From: Nitrosopumilus sp. LS_AOA
Lineage (GTDB): Archaea > Thermoproteota > Nitrososphaeria > Nitrososphaerales > Nitrosopumilaceae
Direction: 5' to 3'
DNA length: 64,000 bases
Assembly (NCBI GenBank): GCA_001543015.1
Contig: LFLC01000057.1
Span: forward strand, 27,457 to 91,456
The notes beneath the pieces were generated by a model. The model was not told where the DNA came from. It saw nothing but the letters and a program-made list of their open reading frames with translations, and searched no databases. Shown piece after piece: positions 47,491 through 57,629 of the stretch. Position 1 is the stretch's first letter. The number at the start of each line of letters is the position of its first letter. The position numbers were made by a program, and so were the translations under genes.

Positions 47491-48670
47491 TTCTCATCGC
47501 CTCCACGGGTAATTGCTTAGTAGCCCTATAGGATGGATATAGTGAAGCAATAATTGCTAAAATAAATGAAGTCAAAGCAGTTTGTATGATTTTTTCCCAG
47601 TTATAGGTGACTTCAAGAGGGAGACTGTTATTGAATGACATTTTTGTGACATCTGCATAGACGGTATAACCTAAACCTGCTGCAGTTCCTACTCCAGCTC
47701 CGATTGCTCCAATAATTATTCCTTGAAAAATAAAAATTAATAGAATGTCTTTTCTTTTAGCTCCAATTGCTCTCATAATCCCAATTTCTTTAGTTTTTCC
47801 ATTAACTAGCATTATCTGAATTGTAAGAATAGCAAATGCAGATGACCCCATTCCAAAATATCCTATCATACTAATCATTGCAATACCAGATCTAAAACCA
47901 GCAAGTTGTTGTTCAGCTGATTCTTCAATTGTTTCTGCAAGAAAATCTTCATTTGGAAATGAACGCAAAAAGAATTCTTTAACTTCTAATGCTTTTGAAG
48001 GATCATTTAGTTTGACCATAAGTGAACCTGTATCACCATGTCTATCCATCATATCACGTAAAGTATCAATATGTATAACTGCAGTATAATCAAATCCTTG
48101 ACCACCAGGAGAATTAGCAATGCCAGACACAGTAAATCTTCTAATTTGATCTTGACCATATCTATCAACTACAAGTACTTTGACACTGTCACCTACTTGA
48201 GCTCCTCCAAGATCTCTTGCAACATTAGATCCTAGTACAATAGTATTTCTTGAAAACACATAGTTTCCTTCTGTAACTGTTTCATGAACAGTTGATGCCC
48301 TAATGTCACGAAAAGGATCAATACCAACTAGGGGTACTCTAGATTCTTCAATTCGTTTTCCATTTTTTGTCATATTCATTTCAGCAGTTGATGTAAGCCG
48401 GGGCGTCGCCGCTTCAACAAATGGAATTCTTTCAAACCAATTCACAAGGGACAAATCAGACTTATCGATAAAATCAAATTCATCAGTTACAAGAATATCA
48501 CCATTTCTATAATCACTGATGTCTCGAACTATAGCATCAAACAATCCTTGAAAAATTACAAAATTTACATGAATTACCAAAATACCAATTGTTACAGCAA
48601 GTACTGCACCCATCAAACTCCCTTTTTTGTTGAAAAGCATTCTTTTTGCTAATCGTAACCGATAATCCAC
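47483..48670 (-). CDS. ABC transporter permease, MacB/FtsX type
   Basis: GTG start. TM1 is followed by a large extracytoplasmic domain and three C-terminal TM segments (FtsX-like). Confidence 0.8.
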   Translation of the reverse strand: MDYRLRLAKRMLFNKKGSLMGAVLAVTIGILVIHVNFVIFQGLFDAIVRDISDYRNGDILVTDEFDFIDKSDLSLVNWFERIPFVEAATPRLTSTAEMNMTKNGKRIEESRVPLVGIDPFRDIRASTVHETVTEGNYVFSRNTIVLGSNVARDLGGAQVGDSVKVLVVDRYGQDQIRRFTVSGIANSPGGQGFDYTAVIHIDTLRDMMDRHGDTGSLMVKLNDPSKALEVKEFFLRSFPNEDFLAETIEESAEQQLAGFRSGIAMISMIGYFGMGSSAFAILTIQIMLVNGKTKEIGIMRAIGAKRKDILLIFIFQGIIIGAIGAGVGTAAGLGYTVYADVTKMSFNNSLPLEVTYNWEKIIQTALTSFILAIIASLYPSYRATKQLPVEAMRTV

Positions 48671-48786
48671 AATAATTAATGAAATGTCTGATATTTAATG
48701 TATATGATAGATAATCATTTTATTCTAGACAATTTTATATGTAATTAGTAATTTCTTTATTCTATTGGAGGTAATTAAGTGATATA

Positions 48787-49689
48787 ATGGACAATTTAGA
48801 TATGAATATTCTAAACAGATTATTGAATAATTGTAGAGAATCTGATAGACAAATTGGAATTGAATTGGGGATTTCAGGCGGGGCAATACGAGCTAGAATT
48901 CAAAAAATGGAAAAAAATAAGGTGATTGAAAAATTTTTCATAAAAGTTGAACCTCCAGTGTTAGGAAATGGTGTGATATACTTTGTTGTATCAGGAGAAA
49001 ATATGGATGAAGTTTTAGAGCAAATTAGTCTAGTAGGAGAACCGTTTTTGGTTGTACCATGTATTGGTGGAGTAACAGTTTGTAGTATAGTAATAAAAGA
49101 AAATTTGGAACAAAAAATTGAACTTGCAAAAAAATTGATGAAAGATGTAAGGGTGTTATCTATTTTTGAAGCAGAAAATCCAGGTTTTAATTCTAGTTTT
49201 ACGAAAACAGATTTTGAAATTCTAGAAGAATTAATTAAAGATCCAAGACAAAAAATTGAAAAAATTGCAAAAAATACAAACATGTCAACAAAAACAATAA
49301 CAAGATGTATTGATAAATTTCAAAAAAATGATGGAATTCAATTTACTTTAATTTATGATCCTAAACGAATTGAAAATTTCATTCCTCATGCCATACTAAC
49401 TTGGATAGATGGAGATCTAAAAGAAACATTAGAAATCATGGACAATGTATTTTCTAAATCATATCTACAAATTCCTTTTATTGCAAAAAATCAGATTGTA
49501 TTATTGATGTATAGTGAAAATGTTTTCAAAATGGATGAATTAACACAAAAAGTTAGAACGATTAAAAATGTAAAATCAGCTGATTTATTTATTCCAAAAA
49601 AAATTATGTTTTATAATAAATGGTTAGAAAGAGCTGTTACCGATTCTAAAAAATCATCTAAATTACATATTACATATCAAACAAATTAA
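48787..49689 (+). CDS. Transcription regulator with two Lrp/AsnC-type HTH modules
   Basis: The modules are LDMNILNRLLNNCRESDRQIGIELGISGGAIRARIQKMEKNKVI and TDFEILEELIKDPRQKIEKIAKNTNMSTKTITRCIDKFQKNDGI. Confidence 0.7.
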   Translation: MDNLDMNILNRLLNNCRESDRQIGIELGISGGAIRARIQKMEKNKVIEKFFIKVEPPVLGNGVIYFVVSGENMDEVLEQISLVGEPFLVVPCIGGVTVCSIVIKENLEQKIELAKKLMKDVRVLSIFEAENPGFNSSFTKTDFEILEELIKDPRQKIEKIAKNTNMSTKTITRCIDKFQKNDGIQFTLIYDPKRIENFIPHAILTWIDGDLKETLEIMDNVFSKSYLQIPFIAKNQIVLLMYSENVFKMDELTQKVRTIKNVKSADLFIPKKIMFYNKWLERAVTDSKKSSKLHITYQTN

Positions 49690-49714
49690 ATAATAACAAT
49701 TTTTTAGATAAATA

Positions 49715-50230
49715 ATGAAGAAGACAAAAATCTATGAAGGGAAAATTTTAGGCTTGAGTGTTTATGAAGGAAAAATTGAAGGTAGAAAAGTAAAACGTGA
49801 AATAATAGAACACCGTGGTGCTGCAGCAATGCTTGCATTTGATGAAGGAAAAAAAGTAATTCTTGTCAAACAATATAGATTTCCTCATGGTTATGTTTTA
49901 GAAATTCCTGCAGGAACATTAGAAAAAGGAGAAAAACCAGTAAAGTGTGCATTTAGAGAATTACAAGAAGAAACAGGCTATAGTGCAAAAAAGATGACTC
50001 CTCTAATCACGTATTATCCATCAATTGGGTATAATCAGGAGGTGATTCATTGCTTCGTAGCCTCAGGATTAAAGAAAGTTGCAGATTTGAACTTAGATGA
50101 AGACGAGATATTATCTGTTGAGAAAATAGAGATGAAAAAATTACTAAGAATGATAAAAACAGGTAAAATTCAAGATTCAAAAACAATTTGTGCAGTTTTA
50201 ACATATGCTGCAAAAAAGAAACTATACTAA
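49715..50230 (+). CDS. NUDIX hydrolase (ADP-ribose pyrophosphatase-like)
   Basis: The Nudix box is [23 protein letters not shown]. Confidence 0.85.
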   Translation: MKKTKIYEGKILGLSVYEGKIEGRKVKREIIEHRGAAAMLAFDEGKKVILVKQYRFPHGYVLEIPAGTLEKGEKPVKCAFRELQEETGYSAKKMTPLITYYPSIGYNQEVIHCFVASGLKKVADLNLDEDEILSVEKIEMKKLLRMIKTGKIQDSKTICAVLTYAAKKKLY

Positions 50231-51211
50231 TTATTCATTATAGATAGGCTTTACAAGATCTGCAACATCAGCCCAATACTGTGCAATTTTTTCAAACATA
50301 TACAGTAAATCAAGAAAATTAATCGGCATATCTTTTTTATTTCCCAAAGATGTTTTTAATGAATTAAGATTTTTTTCATATTTTTTATGTAAAGAAATTG
50401 CCTCTATTGCTAATAATCTATCAGGTTTTGTAAATGCATTAATTGATTTTTCTGCAAGTTTATTGAAATCTTTTACAACTTTAAAAATTTTTTGAGAATA
50501 TTCTTTTGGTAAAGATGAATTATAAATAAAATTTGAAATCTCAACGATAGAATCACCTGCATTTTCAAGAAGATTTGCTGCAACTCTATAATCAAGAACA
50601 TCAATATTTTCTAAATTAAATACATTAGCTAATCTTCTATCAACTAGAGTACTACGAATTAAACGAACAAGCAAGAAATATTGTCTATTTACTTCAACAT
50701 CTCTATTTGATAATGTTTGTAAATTTGATTTATCATCTAAAATTAATCCATTTGATACATCATCATACATTCCAAGTGCAAGTGAACTCATTCTTTTTAG
50801 AATTTTTTCTGGATTAAGTGTTGTAGCATCTAAAAGAAATTGCATGTTAATGTGTGATGCATCTTCTTCAATAATTTCCATCCCTACAAGTCTTCTCATT
50901 GAATTACGAATTTTCTCTCTATCTTCACCAGGAATAGTTGTTTTTGAATTAATTTCAATTATATCATATCCTAAAAGATATGCTCCAGTAATGTCAGCAA
51001 CAATATTTTCTTCTTTAGGAAGGGGATATGAAATTTCAAGTTCTTTTGTTGGTCGGGTTTCTTTATTTGCTGAAATTGAAATAGTGTCATGTCCAGTTTC
51101 AATTTCAACTTGACTGCTTTTTTCTAGATTATTTGCATCAATCCACTCTTTTGGTAATGATACCAGAAGGCTACTTCCAATTCTTTGTAGGCGTCTAACA
51201 AATTTAGTCAA
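50231..51211 (-). CDS. Archaeal PhoU-type regulator with an AbrB/SpoVT-like N-terminal domain
   Basis: The N-terminus VRRLQRIGSSLLVSLPKEWIDANNL is AbrB-like. The helical PhoU-like repeats follow. Confidence 0.75.
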   Translation of the reverse strand: MTKFVRRLQRIGSSLLVSLPKEWIDANNLEKSSQVEIETGHDTISISANKETRPTKELEISYPLPKEENIVADITGAYLLGYDIIEINSKTTIPGEDREKIRNSMRRLVGMEIIEEDASHINMQFLLDATTLNPEKILKRMSSLALGMYDDVSNGLILDDKSNLQTLSNRDVEVNRQYFLLVRLIRSTLVDRRLANVFNLENIDVLDYRVAANLLENAGDSIVEISNFIYNSSLPKEYSQKIFKVVKDFNKLAEKSINAFTKPDRLLAIEAISLHKKYEKNLNSLKTSLGNKKDMPINFLDLLYMFEKIAQYWADVADLVKPIYNE

Positions 51212-51275
51212 TTTATACTAGTATAATTAATTTAAGCCATATTCTTATATTTTGTGTTTAGTTTAAACTCAGATC

Positions 51276-52187
51276 ATGGAGGCAAAAGCATTTTGTCCTG
51301 CACATGTAACAGGCTTTTTCAAGGCTCATTTAGATGATAATCAAACTAATTTAGAAAATTTAGGTTCAATGGGTGCTGGTTTCTCAATCAAACAAGGTGT
51401 AACTACCAGAGTAAAAATTAATACAAAAAATAATCAAGAATCAAACTTTAGAATTTCAACAAAGGGGTATCAATCAGATAAAACAGATGTTTCAGAATAT
51501 GTTTTAAATGAATTTTTAAAACTAGATGATTTTTCAACCAAGTTTTTTGATATTGAACATGAAATATCAATTCCAGTAGGATATGGATTAGGTTCAAGTG
51601 GTGCAGTTGCATTATCGCTGTCCTTTGCATTAGATCAAGCACTTGGTACAAAATTAGATAGAACAATGATTGGGCAAATCGCACATAATGCAGAAGTGAG
51701 TTGTAAAACAGGATTAGGAGATGTCTTAGCATCATATCATGGGGGTTTTGAAATTCGTATCAAACCAGGAGCACCTGGAATTGGAAGTGTTGAAAAAATT
51801 GCTATAGAAAAAATTTCAATTATAATGATTTGTTTTTCTCCAATATCTACAAACAAATTCATCAAAGAACGTTTGTCTCAGATAAATGGTCTTGGTGGAA
51901 AAATGGTAAACAGATTACTAGAATCAAAAAATTATGAACATTTTCAAGACATGTCATTAGAATTTGCAAAATATGTAGATGTAATGACACCAAGAATGCA
52001 AAAGTTAGTTGATGATTTTGCAAAAAATAATATTAAATGTGGAATTGCACTTTTTGGAGAAACAGTTTTTTCAATGATTTCAAAAGATGATGAAGATAAA
52101 GTTCTGAAGATTTTGCAAAAATATCCAGAGGGTATTATTATAAAATCAGAACTAGACAATAATGGTGCACGAATTCTTAAAAATTAG
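51276..52187 (+). CDS. Pantoate kinase (archaeal CoA pathway, GHMP kinase family)
   Basis: The motifs FCPAHVTGFF and GYGLGSSGAVALSLS (GHMP motif) are present. It lies next to the phosphopantothenate synthetase gene. Confidence 0.75.
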   Translation: MEAKAFCPAHVTGFFKAHLDDNQTNLENLGSMGAGFSIKQGVTTRVKINTKNNQESNFRISTKGYQSDKTDVSEYVLNEFLKLDDFSTKFFDIEHEISIPVGYGLGSSGAVALSLSFALDQALGTKLDRTMIGQIAHNAEVSCKTGLGDVLASYHGGFEIRIKPGAPGIGSVEKIAIEKISIIMICFSPISTNKFIKERLSQINGLGGKMVNRLLESKNYEHFQDMSLEFAKYVDVMTPRMQKLVDDFAKNNIKCGIALFGETVFSMISKDDEDKVLKILQKYPEGIIIKSELDNNGARILKN

Positions 52188-52197
52188 CTGAAATCAT

Positions 52198-52962
52198 ATG
52201 CCTTTAATTCCAAAGTCTCATCCACGAGTAAAATCTCTATTAATTCGCGAGAAACTAGTAGATGGATTTGAGCGCGGGTTAGTTGCAAAAGAAGGACTTT
52301 TGGCACAAGGAAGAGGTGAAGCATTTGATTATCTGTTAGGAGAGAAAACTGGTAAATCTGCAAAACATGCAATCAAAGCAGCTGCTGCACAATTACTTTT
52401 AGCAAAAATGCCGGTAATCTCAGTTAATGGAAATGTTGCAGCATTATGTCCCAAACAAATTGTAAAATTATCAAAACAAACCAAAGCAAAGCTTGAAGTA
52501 AATTTGTTTTATGCAAATCAAAAGAGAAAAAATGCAATAATTAAAACTCTCAAAAATAATGGGGCAAAAGAAATTCTAGGTACAAATTATAAAACATCTA
52601 CTAAATTATCAGGAATTGATTCAGCTAGAAGAATTGTAGATAGGAATGGAATTTTTGCAGCTGATGTTGTAGTTGTTCCATTAGAAGATGGTGATAGAAC
52701 AATTGCGCTTAGAAAGGCAGGAAAAAAAGTTATTACATTTGATCTAAATCCTCTATCAAGAACATCACAGACAGCAAATATTACAATCGTAGATAATGTA
52801 ACACGAGCAATTGATTTACTAATTAATGAATCAAAAAAACTATCTAAAAAAAATATCAAAGTTCTTCAAAAAATTGTTGATGAGTTTGATAATAAGAAAA
52901 ATCTTGCAGAAAATGTGATTCAGATAAAAAATAATCTTACAAGGAGAGCAAGAATTGCATAA
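52198..52962 (+). CDS. Phosphopantothenate synthetase (4-phosphopantoate--beta-alanine ligase, archaeal)
   Basis: The N-terminus HPRVKSLLIREKLVDGFERGLVAKEGLLAQGRGEAFDYLLGEKT is characteristic of the family. Confidence 0.8.
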   Translation: MPLIPKSHPRVKSLLIREKLVDGFERGLVAKEGLLAQGRGEAFDYLLGEKTGKSAKHAIKAAAAQLLLAKMPVISVNGNVAALCPKQIVKLSKQTKAKLEVNLFYANQKRKNAIIKTLKNNGAKEILGTNYKTSTKLSGIDSARRIVDRNGIFAADVVVVPLEDGDRTIALRKAGKKVITFDLNPLSRTSQTANITIVDNVTRAIDLLINESKKLSKKNIKVLQKIVDEFDNKKNLAENVIQIKNNLTRRARIA

Positions 52963-53794
52963 ATCTGTTCAAGATATAATTAATATGAAAAAAGAGAAAA
53001 AGAAAATCTCAGTTATTACAAGTTATGATTATACTCTAGCTTCACTATGTGATAAAGCAGGAATAGATGTACTACTAGTTGGGGATAGTGCAGGAATGGT
53101 AATGCTAGGTTACGAGAATACAATTCCTGTAACCATGGATCAAATGTGCATGTTTACTGAAGCAGTTAGCAGGGCAAGAATAAATTCACTGCTTGTAGCA
53201 GATTTACCATTTATGTCGTATCAGGCAAGTATAGAGGATGCAATAAACAATTCTGGTAGATTAATCAAGGCAGGAGCTGATACTGTAAAACTTGAAGGCG
53301 GTTCAATAATGGCTGAGACAATTAGTGCAATTGTAGATATAGGAATTCCAGTTATGGGTCATATTGGATTACAACCACAAACAACTATGCTTTCAGAAGG
53401 ATACAAAGTACAAGGAAAAACAAAAGATTCCGCATTGAAATTGATTGAGGATGCAAAAGAGTTGGAGGAGGCAGGAGTGTATAGTATTGCATTAGAAATG
53501 GTAAGCCATGAAGTAGCAGAAATTATTTCAGAAACAGTTAGTGTGCCAACAATTGGGATTGGTTCTGGAGTGAACTGTGATGGTCAAGTTCTAGTTGTTC
53601 AGGATTTACTTGGAATGTATGAAAAAATTAAACCAAAATTTGCAAAAAGATACATGAATTTATCTGAGGATATAGTAAATTCACTTAAAAATTTCAAAAA
53701 AGATGTTGAATCAAGTACATTTCCTGCAGAAGAAAACTGGTTTTCAATGAATGGTGATGAGTTAAAGAAATTACGTGAGCAGATTGGTAGTTAA
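52955..53794 (+). CDS. panB: 3-methyl-2-oxobutanoate (ketopantoate) hydroxymethyltransferase
   Basis: The motifs LVGDSAGMVMLGY, VKLEGG and GHIGLQPQ are present. Confidence 0.95.
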   Translation: MHKSVQDIINMKKEKKKISVITSYDYTLASLCDKAGIDVLLVGDSAGMVMLGYENTIPVTMDQMCMFTEAVSRARINSLLVADLPFMSYQASIEDAINNSGRLIKAGADTVKLEGGSIMAETISAIVDIGIPVMGHIGLQPQTTMLSEGYKVQGKTKDSALKLIEDAKELEEAGVYSIALEMVSHEVAEIISETVSVPTIGIGSGVNCDGQVLVVQDLLGMYEKIKPKFAKRYMNLSEDIVNSLKNFKKDVESSTFPAEENWFSMNGDELKKLREQIGS

Positions 53795-55034
53795 AAAGAA
53801 AATAAAGAGAAAAGATCATCCATCATTAGATATTGTTAGTTCATACGGTATTGAATTATCTGGAAAAAGAATTGTACTTTGTGTTGCAGGAAGTGTTGCA
53901 GCATACAAAGCAATTGAACTTGCAAGATTACTAATGAGACATGGAGCAGATGTTAGATGTGTAACAAGTAATGCTGTTTTAAAATTAATCCAACCTGATT
54001 ATTTCAAATGGGCTACAGGAAATGAGGTAATAACAAAGCTAACAGGTGAATTAGAACATATTAGATTAGCAGATTATAATCAATCAGATCTAATTATTGT
54101 ATATCCTGGAACTGCAAATACACTTGGAAAATTAGCAAATGGAATTGATGATACTCCCATTTCTACTGTACTTACTGTAGGATTTGGTTCTAAAATTCCA
54201 ATTTTAATGTGTCTTGCTATGCATGAATCAATGTATGATAATTCAGCTGTTAAAAAAAATATAGAATTTCTTAAAAATAAAATAAAATTTATTTCACCTC
54301 AACTAATTGAAGGAAAAGCTAAAGCACCTGAACCTGAAGATGTTTTACAACATGTTTTAATTAAATTTGGATTCTCATCTAGATTAAAAAATAAAAAAAT
54401 CTTAATGACTGCAGGACCAACAATAGAATACATTGATCCTGTTAGAGCAATTACAAATCTTAGTTCTGGAAAAACGGGTACACTTTTAGCTTCAGAATTG
54501 ATTTCTGCAGGTGCAAAAGTGACTTTAATTTATGGCCCAGGAAATCAAATTCCATCAAAAGGAATCAAAGTGATTAATGTTACAACAAGTAAAGAAATGT
54601 TTGATGTAACAAAAAAAGAACTAAAGAAAAAATATGACATTGTGATAATGGCTGCTGCAGTATCTGATTATACTCCAGAAAATCCATCCAAATCTAAAAT
54701 CAAAAGTAACAAAAAATCATTAGTAATTAGGCTCAAAAAATTTCCAAAAATCATAGATTATGTAAAAAAATATCAAAAAGACGTATTGTTAGTTGGGTTC
54801 AAAGCAGAAACTGATCTGACAAAAAATGCACTAATCAAATCAGCTCAAAAAAAGATGAAAGAGTCAGGTGCAGACATTATTGTTGCAAATGATATTGGTA
54901 AAAAATATCAAAAAAATCCAAACTATAATCATGTATTAATTGTAGATAGCAAAAAAATCACATCGTCTGGTTGGAAGAAAAAAGAAAAGATTGTGAAATT
55001 TATCAAAAAAGCAATTGAAAATAAAATGGAATGA
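53775..55034 (+). CDS. coaBC: Bifunctional phosphopantothenoylcysteine decarboxylase / synthetase
   Basis: GTG start. The flavoprotein N-terminal domain reads VLCVAGSVAAYKAIEL and PGTANTLGKLANG. The C-terminal DFP domain has ITNLSSGKTG and AAAVSDY. Confidence 0.9.
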   Translation: MSRLVVKKKIKRKDHPSLDIVSSYGIELSGKRIVLCVAGSVAAYKAIELARLLMRHGADVRCVTSNAVLKLIQPDYFKWATGNEVITKLTGELEHIRLADYNQSDLIIVYPGTANTLGKLANGIDDTPISTVLTVGFGSKIPILMCLAMHESMYDNSAVKKNIEFLKNKIKFISPQLIEGKAKAPEPEDVLQHVLIKFGFSSRLKNKKILMTAGPTIEYIDPVRAITNLSSGKTGTLLASELISAGAKVTLIYGPGNQIPSKGIKVINVTTSKEMFDVTKKELKKKYDIVIMAAAVSDYTPENPSKSKIKSNKKSLVIRLKKFPKIIDYVKKYQKDVLLVGFKAETDLTKNALIKSAQKKMKESGADIIVANDIGKKYQKNPNYNHVLIVDSKKITSSGWKKKEKIVKFIKKAIENKME

Positions 55035-55210
55035 AAAATTCAGAACTCAAAAAATTGATTTCACAATATAAAGAAATTCAAATTAAACAAAAAAAGAAGC
55101 ATGTTGATAGCCTAAGATTATCTGAAAAACTAAAAGAAATAGAACATAGATATTTTCATGAAACAGGAAGAACATTAAAATCAGATTTAGAAAAGATCAA
55201 AGAAAGTTGA
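55031..55210 (+). CDS. 59-aa coiled-coil ORF coupled to the coaBC stop by an ATGA overlap
   Basis: Manual translation gives MKNSELKKLISQYKEIQIKQKKKHVDSLRLSEKLKEIEHRYFHETGRTLKSDLEKIKES. Confidence 0.35.
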   Translation: MKNSELKKLISQYKEIQIKQKKKHVDSLRLSEKLKEIEHRYFHETGRTLKSDLEKIKES

Positions 55211-56049
55211 AAATAAAATCATCTGAATATAAAAAACGAAATATGTTAATTTGGAATGAGGTAGCTCCTAGATATCATAAAAGATGGGCAACAGCTAAAC
55301 ATGGTCCATTTCAAAGTACAAAAAAATTAGTTGATCTAGTTAAAGTTGAAAAAGGTAACCATATTCTTGATGTTGCATGTGGTACAGGTGTTGTAACAAA
55401 ATTTTTGAATCAAAAAGTTGGTAAATCAGGGTATGTGATTGGTGTTGATACATCAATTACAGCAATTAAAGTTGCAAAAAAATGGAATGAAAAAACTCCA
55501 AATCTTTTATTTGTTAATGCAGATGCTGAAAATTTTTTATTCAAAGAAAAGTTTGATATCATTACATGTCAATTTGCATTGTTTTTTTTCCCAAATTCTC
55601 AAAAAGCTCTAAAAAACATGAGAAACAGTCTTAGAAAAGAGGGGAAATTAGGAATTTCAGTTCATGGACATCCAGATAGAGTGCCATATTTTGATAGTAT
55701 CTTTGATGCAGTAACCCAGTTTATTCCAAATTATGTTCCACTAGGAACTCCAGATTTTGATAGATTTGGAACAAAAAAACAACTCAAAGATGAAATAAAA
55801 AAAGCTGGGTTTTCAAAAATCAAGGTAAATGATTATGATTTCCCATATAGTCCGGGTACATTTGAGCAATACTGGAAAAATTATTTGAGATACATTGCAA
55901 AACCAATCAAAGAAAAACTAGATAAATTAGAAAAATCTCAGAGAAAAGAACTCAAAGAAATGGTAAGAAAGAATACAAAACCATACACAAAAAGAAATGA
56001 AATAATACAATTTCCTTGGGAAGTTTTAATTTTAACTGCAAAATACTAG
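55207..56049 (+). CDS. SAM-dependent methyltransferase (class I, type 11)
   Basis: Motif I is ILDVACGTGVV. The start is either the TTG at 55207 or the ATG at 55240. Confidence 0.8.
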   Translation: MKIKSSEYKKRNMLIWNEVAPRYHKRWATAKHGPFQSTKKLVDLVKVEKGNHILDVACGTGVVTKFLNQKVGKSGYVIGVDTSITAIKVAKKWNEKTPNLLFVNADAENFLFKEKFDIITCQFALFFFPNSQKALKNMRNSLRKEGKLGISVHGHPDRVPYFDSIFDAVTQFIPNYVPLGTPDFDRFGTKKQLKDEIKKAGFSKIKVNDYDFPYSPGTFEQYWKNYLRYIAKPIKEKLDKLEKSQRKELKEMVRKNTKPYTKRNEIIQFPWEVLILTAKY

Positions 56050-56058
56050 GAAAATAGA

Positions 56059-56535
56059 ATGGTCAAAGACAAAAAGGAAGAAATTCCTAAAAAGAAAAAA
56101 GGATTAGCAGCGTTTCTTAAAAAAAGAGCACCATTTTACTTGGCAGCAATTGCATTAATCATAATATCTGCACAAGGTATACTATCAGAGAAAAATTTGG
56201 AAAGCAGTTTGCCAGAATTTTCTGCTGAAGAACAAAATGTGGTGGACATTTTGATGAAATATGATGGAGGTAATGGAGGCTATACAATGATGAATGCAAT
56301 AACTAATCAAATTGAAGAAGAGTATTCAGATGAAAAAGTCTTTGATCATAGAAAAACAGTTGTAGAGATGAGTGTTTCAAGTATAAATTCAGATGAACAT
56401 AGTGTGGATTTGAATTTTAAATCACATAAGGGTGAAATGAATTTTAATTGGAATGTAAATTCTGTAACTAAAAAGATTACATCAGATAATCCTGAATCAA
56501 AACATCTCATTGATGTAGTTGACTTTTACGATTAG
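56059..56535 (+). CDS. Hypothetical N-terminally anchored protein
   Basis: 158 aa. It has a basic N-terminus followed by the TM helix FYLAAIALIIISA. Confidence 0.45.
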   Translation: MVKDKKEEIPKKKKGLAAFLKKRAPFYLAAIALIIISAQGILSEKNLESSLPEFSAEEQNVVDILMKYDGGNGGYTMMNAITNQIEEEYSDEKVFDHRKTVVEMSVSSINSDEHSVDLNFKSHKGEMNFNWNVNSVTKKITSDNPESKHLIDVVDFYD

Positions 56536-56537
56536 AC

Positions 56538-57608
56538 TCAAATCGTGACTAAATCTTTAGTAAATTTATGCATCACAACAGGTCTATCTTTTACAATTAA
56601 CGAATCTTCAATTCGTATTCCAAATTTATTTTCAATATAGATTCCAGGTTCAACAGTTATTGCCATGTTTTCTTTTAATTGTATAGTACTTTTAGTTGAA
56701 ATGTTTGGTAGTTCATGCACTTCTAAACCAATTCCATGACCAGTAGAATGAATAAAATATTTACCAAAATTTTTTTCATCAATGTATTTTCTACATGCTA
56801 GATCTACATCTTTACAAAGTACATTATGTTTTACAGCTTTTAGTCCAAGTTTTTGAGATTCTTGAACAACATTGTATGCTTCATTTGCTTGAGTAGAAAT
56901 TTTCCCCAGTGCAAATGTCCTAGTTGAATCTGAAACATATCCTTTGTATCTTAATGTAAGATCAGTTACAACAAGATCACCTTTTTTAAATTTCCTTTGT
57001 GAAACTTGAGCATGAGGTAGTGCACCATTAGGACCTCCTGCAATGATTAAAGGGTTAAGTGTAGATTTGTATCCAGTATCAAACATTTGTTGTTCTAGAG
57101 CATATTTCATCAAAATTGTTTGTAATTCAGATTCTTTTTGACCAATTTTTATTTTTTTTACGCATAGTTCAAACATTTCATCTATTATTTTAGAACCTTT
57201 TTTGAGAATTTGAATTTCTTTCTCATCTTTTATCATTCGAGAATTGTAAAATGGTTCTGAAGATGATTTTATTTTTGGAATTGATTTTTTTAGTGACATC
57301 ATTATAGGATAATTTTGACAATCAGTACAAACTTTATTTTTCTTAATTTTTCCAATTAATGAGGAAATCAAACCAGTTCCTCGTTCTGCAGTAATAACAC
57401 TACAATCTACAGATTCATTTCTTGCTCTTCCCACTTCAAGTTCTGGAGCAATTATTGTGGTTTTTCCATTTTTTTCAAGTAATCCTATTGCCTCACCCCA
57501 AAATCCAGTCATGTAATACAAATTTTCAGGCTCAAATGTAACTAGAGTATCACATTCTATCTTTTGGGCATATTTTAAAAGATTTTTTCGGCGTTGTTTC
57601 ACGATCAA
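56538..57608 (-). CDS. M24 family Xaa-Pro aminopeptidase
   Basis: Pita-bread fold metal ligands are present: DLVVTDL, DSTRTF, HSTGHGIGLEVHE and TVEPGIY. Confidence 0.9.
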   Translation of the reverse strand: MIVKQRRKNLLKYAQKIECDTLVTFEPENLYYMTGFWGEAIGLLEKNGKTTIIAPELEVGRARNESVDCSVITAERGTGLISSLIGKIKKNKVCTDCQNYPIMMSLKKSIPKIKSSSEPFYNSRMIKDEKEIQILKKGSKIIDEMFELCVKKIKIGQKESELQTILMKYALEQQMFDTGYKSTLNPLIIAGGPNGALPHAQVSQRKFKKGDLVVTDLTLRYKGYVSDSTRTFALGKISTQANEAYNVVQESQKLGLKAVKHNVLCKDVDLACRKYIDEKNFGKYFIHSTGHGIGLEVHELPNISTKSTIQLKENMAITVEPGIYIENKFGIRIEDSLIVKDRPVVMHKFTKDLVTI

Positions 57609-57629
57609 AAAATCTCTGTTTCTTAATTT

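Noticed and set aside
48385-48415. Strikingly GC-rich patch (gccggggcgtcgccgc), considered as a possible tRNA or small RNA fragment
   Set aside because: It lies in frame inside the MacB-type permease CDS (..EAATPRLT..). There is no cloverleaf-capable flanking sequence.
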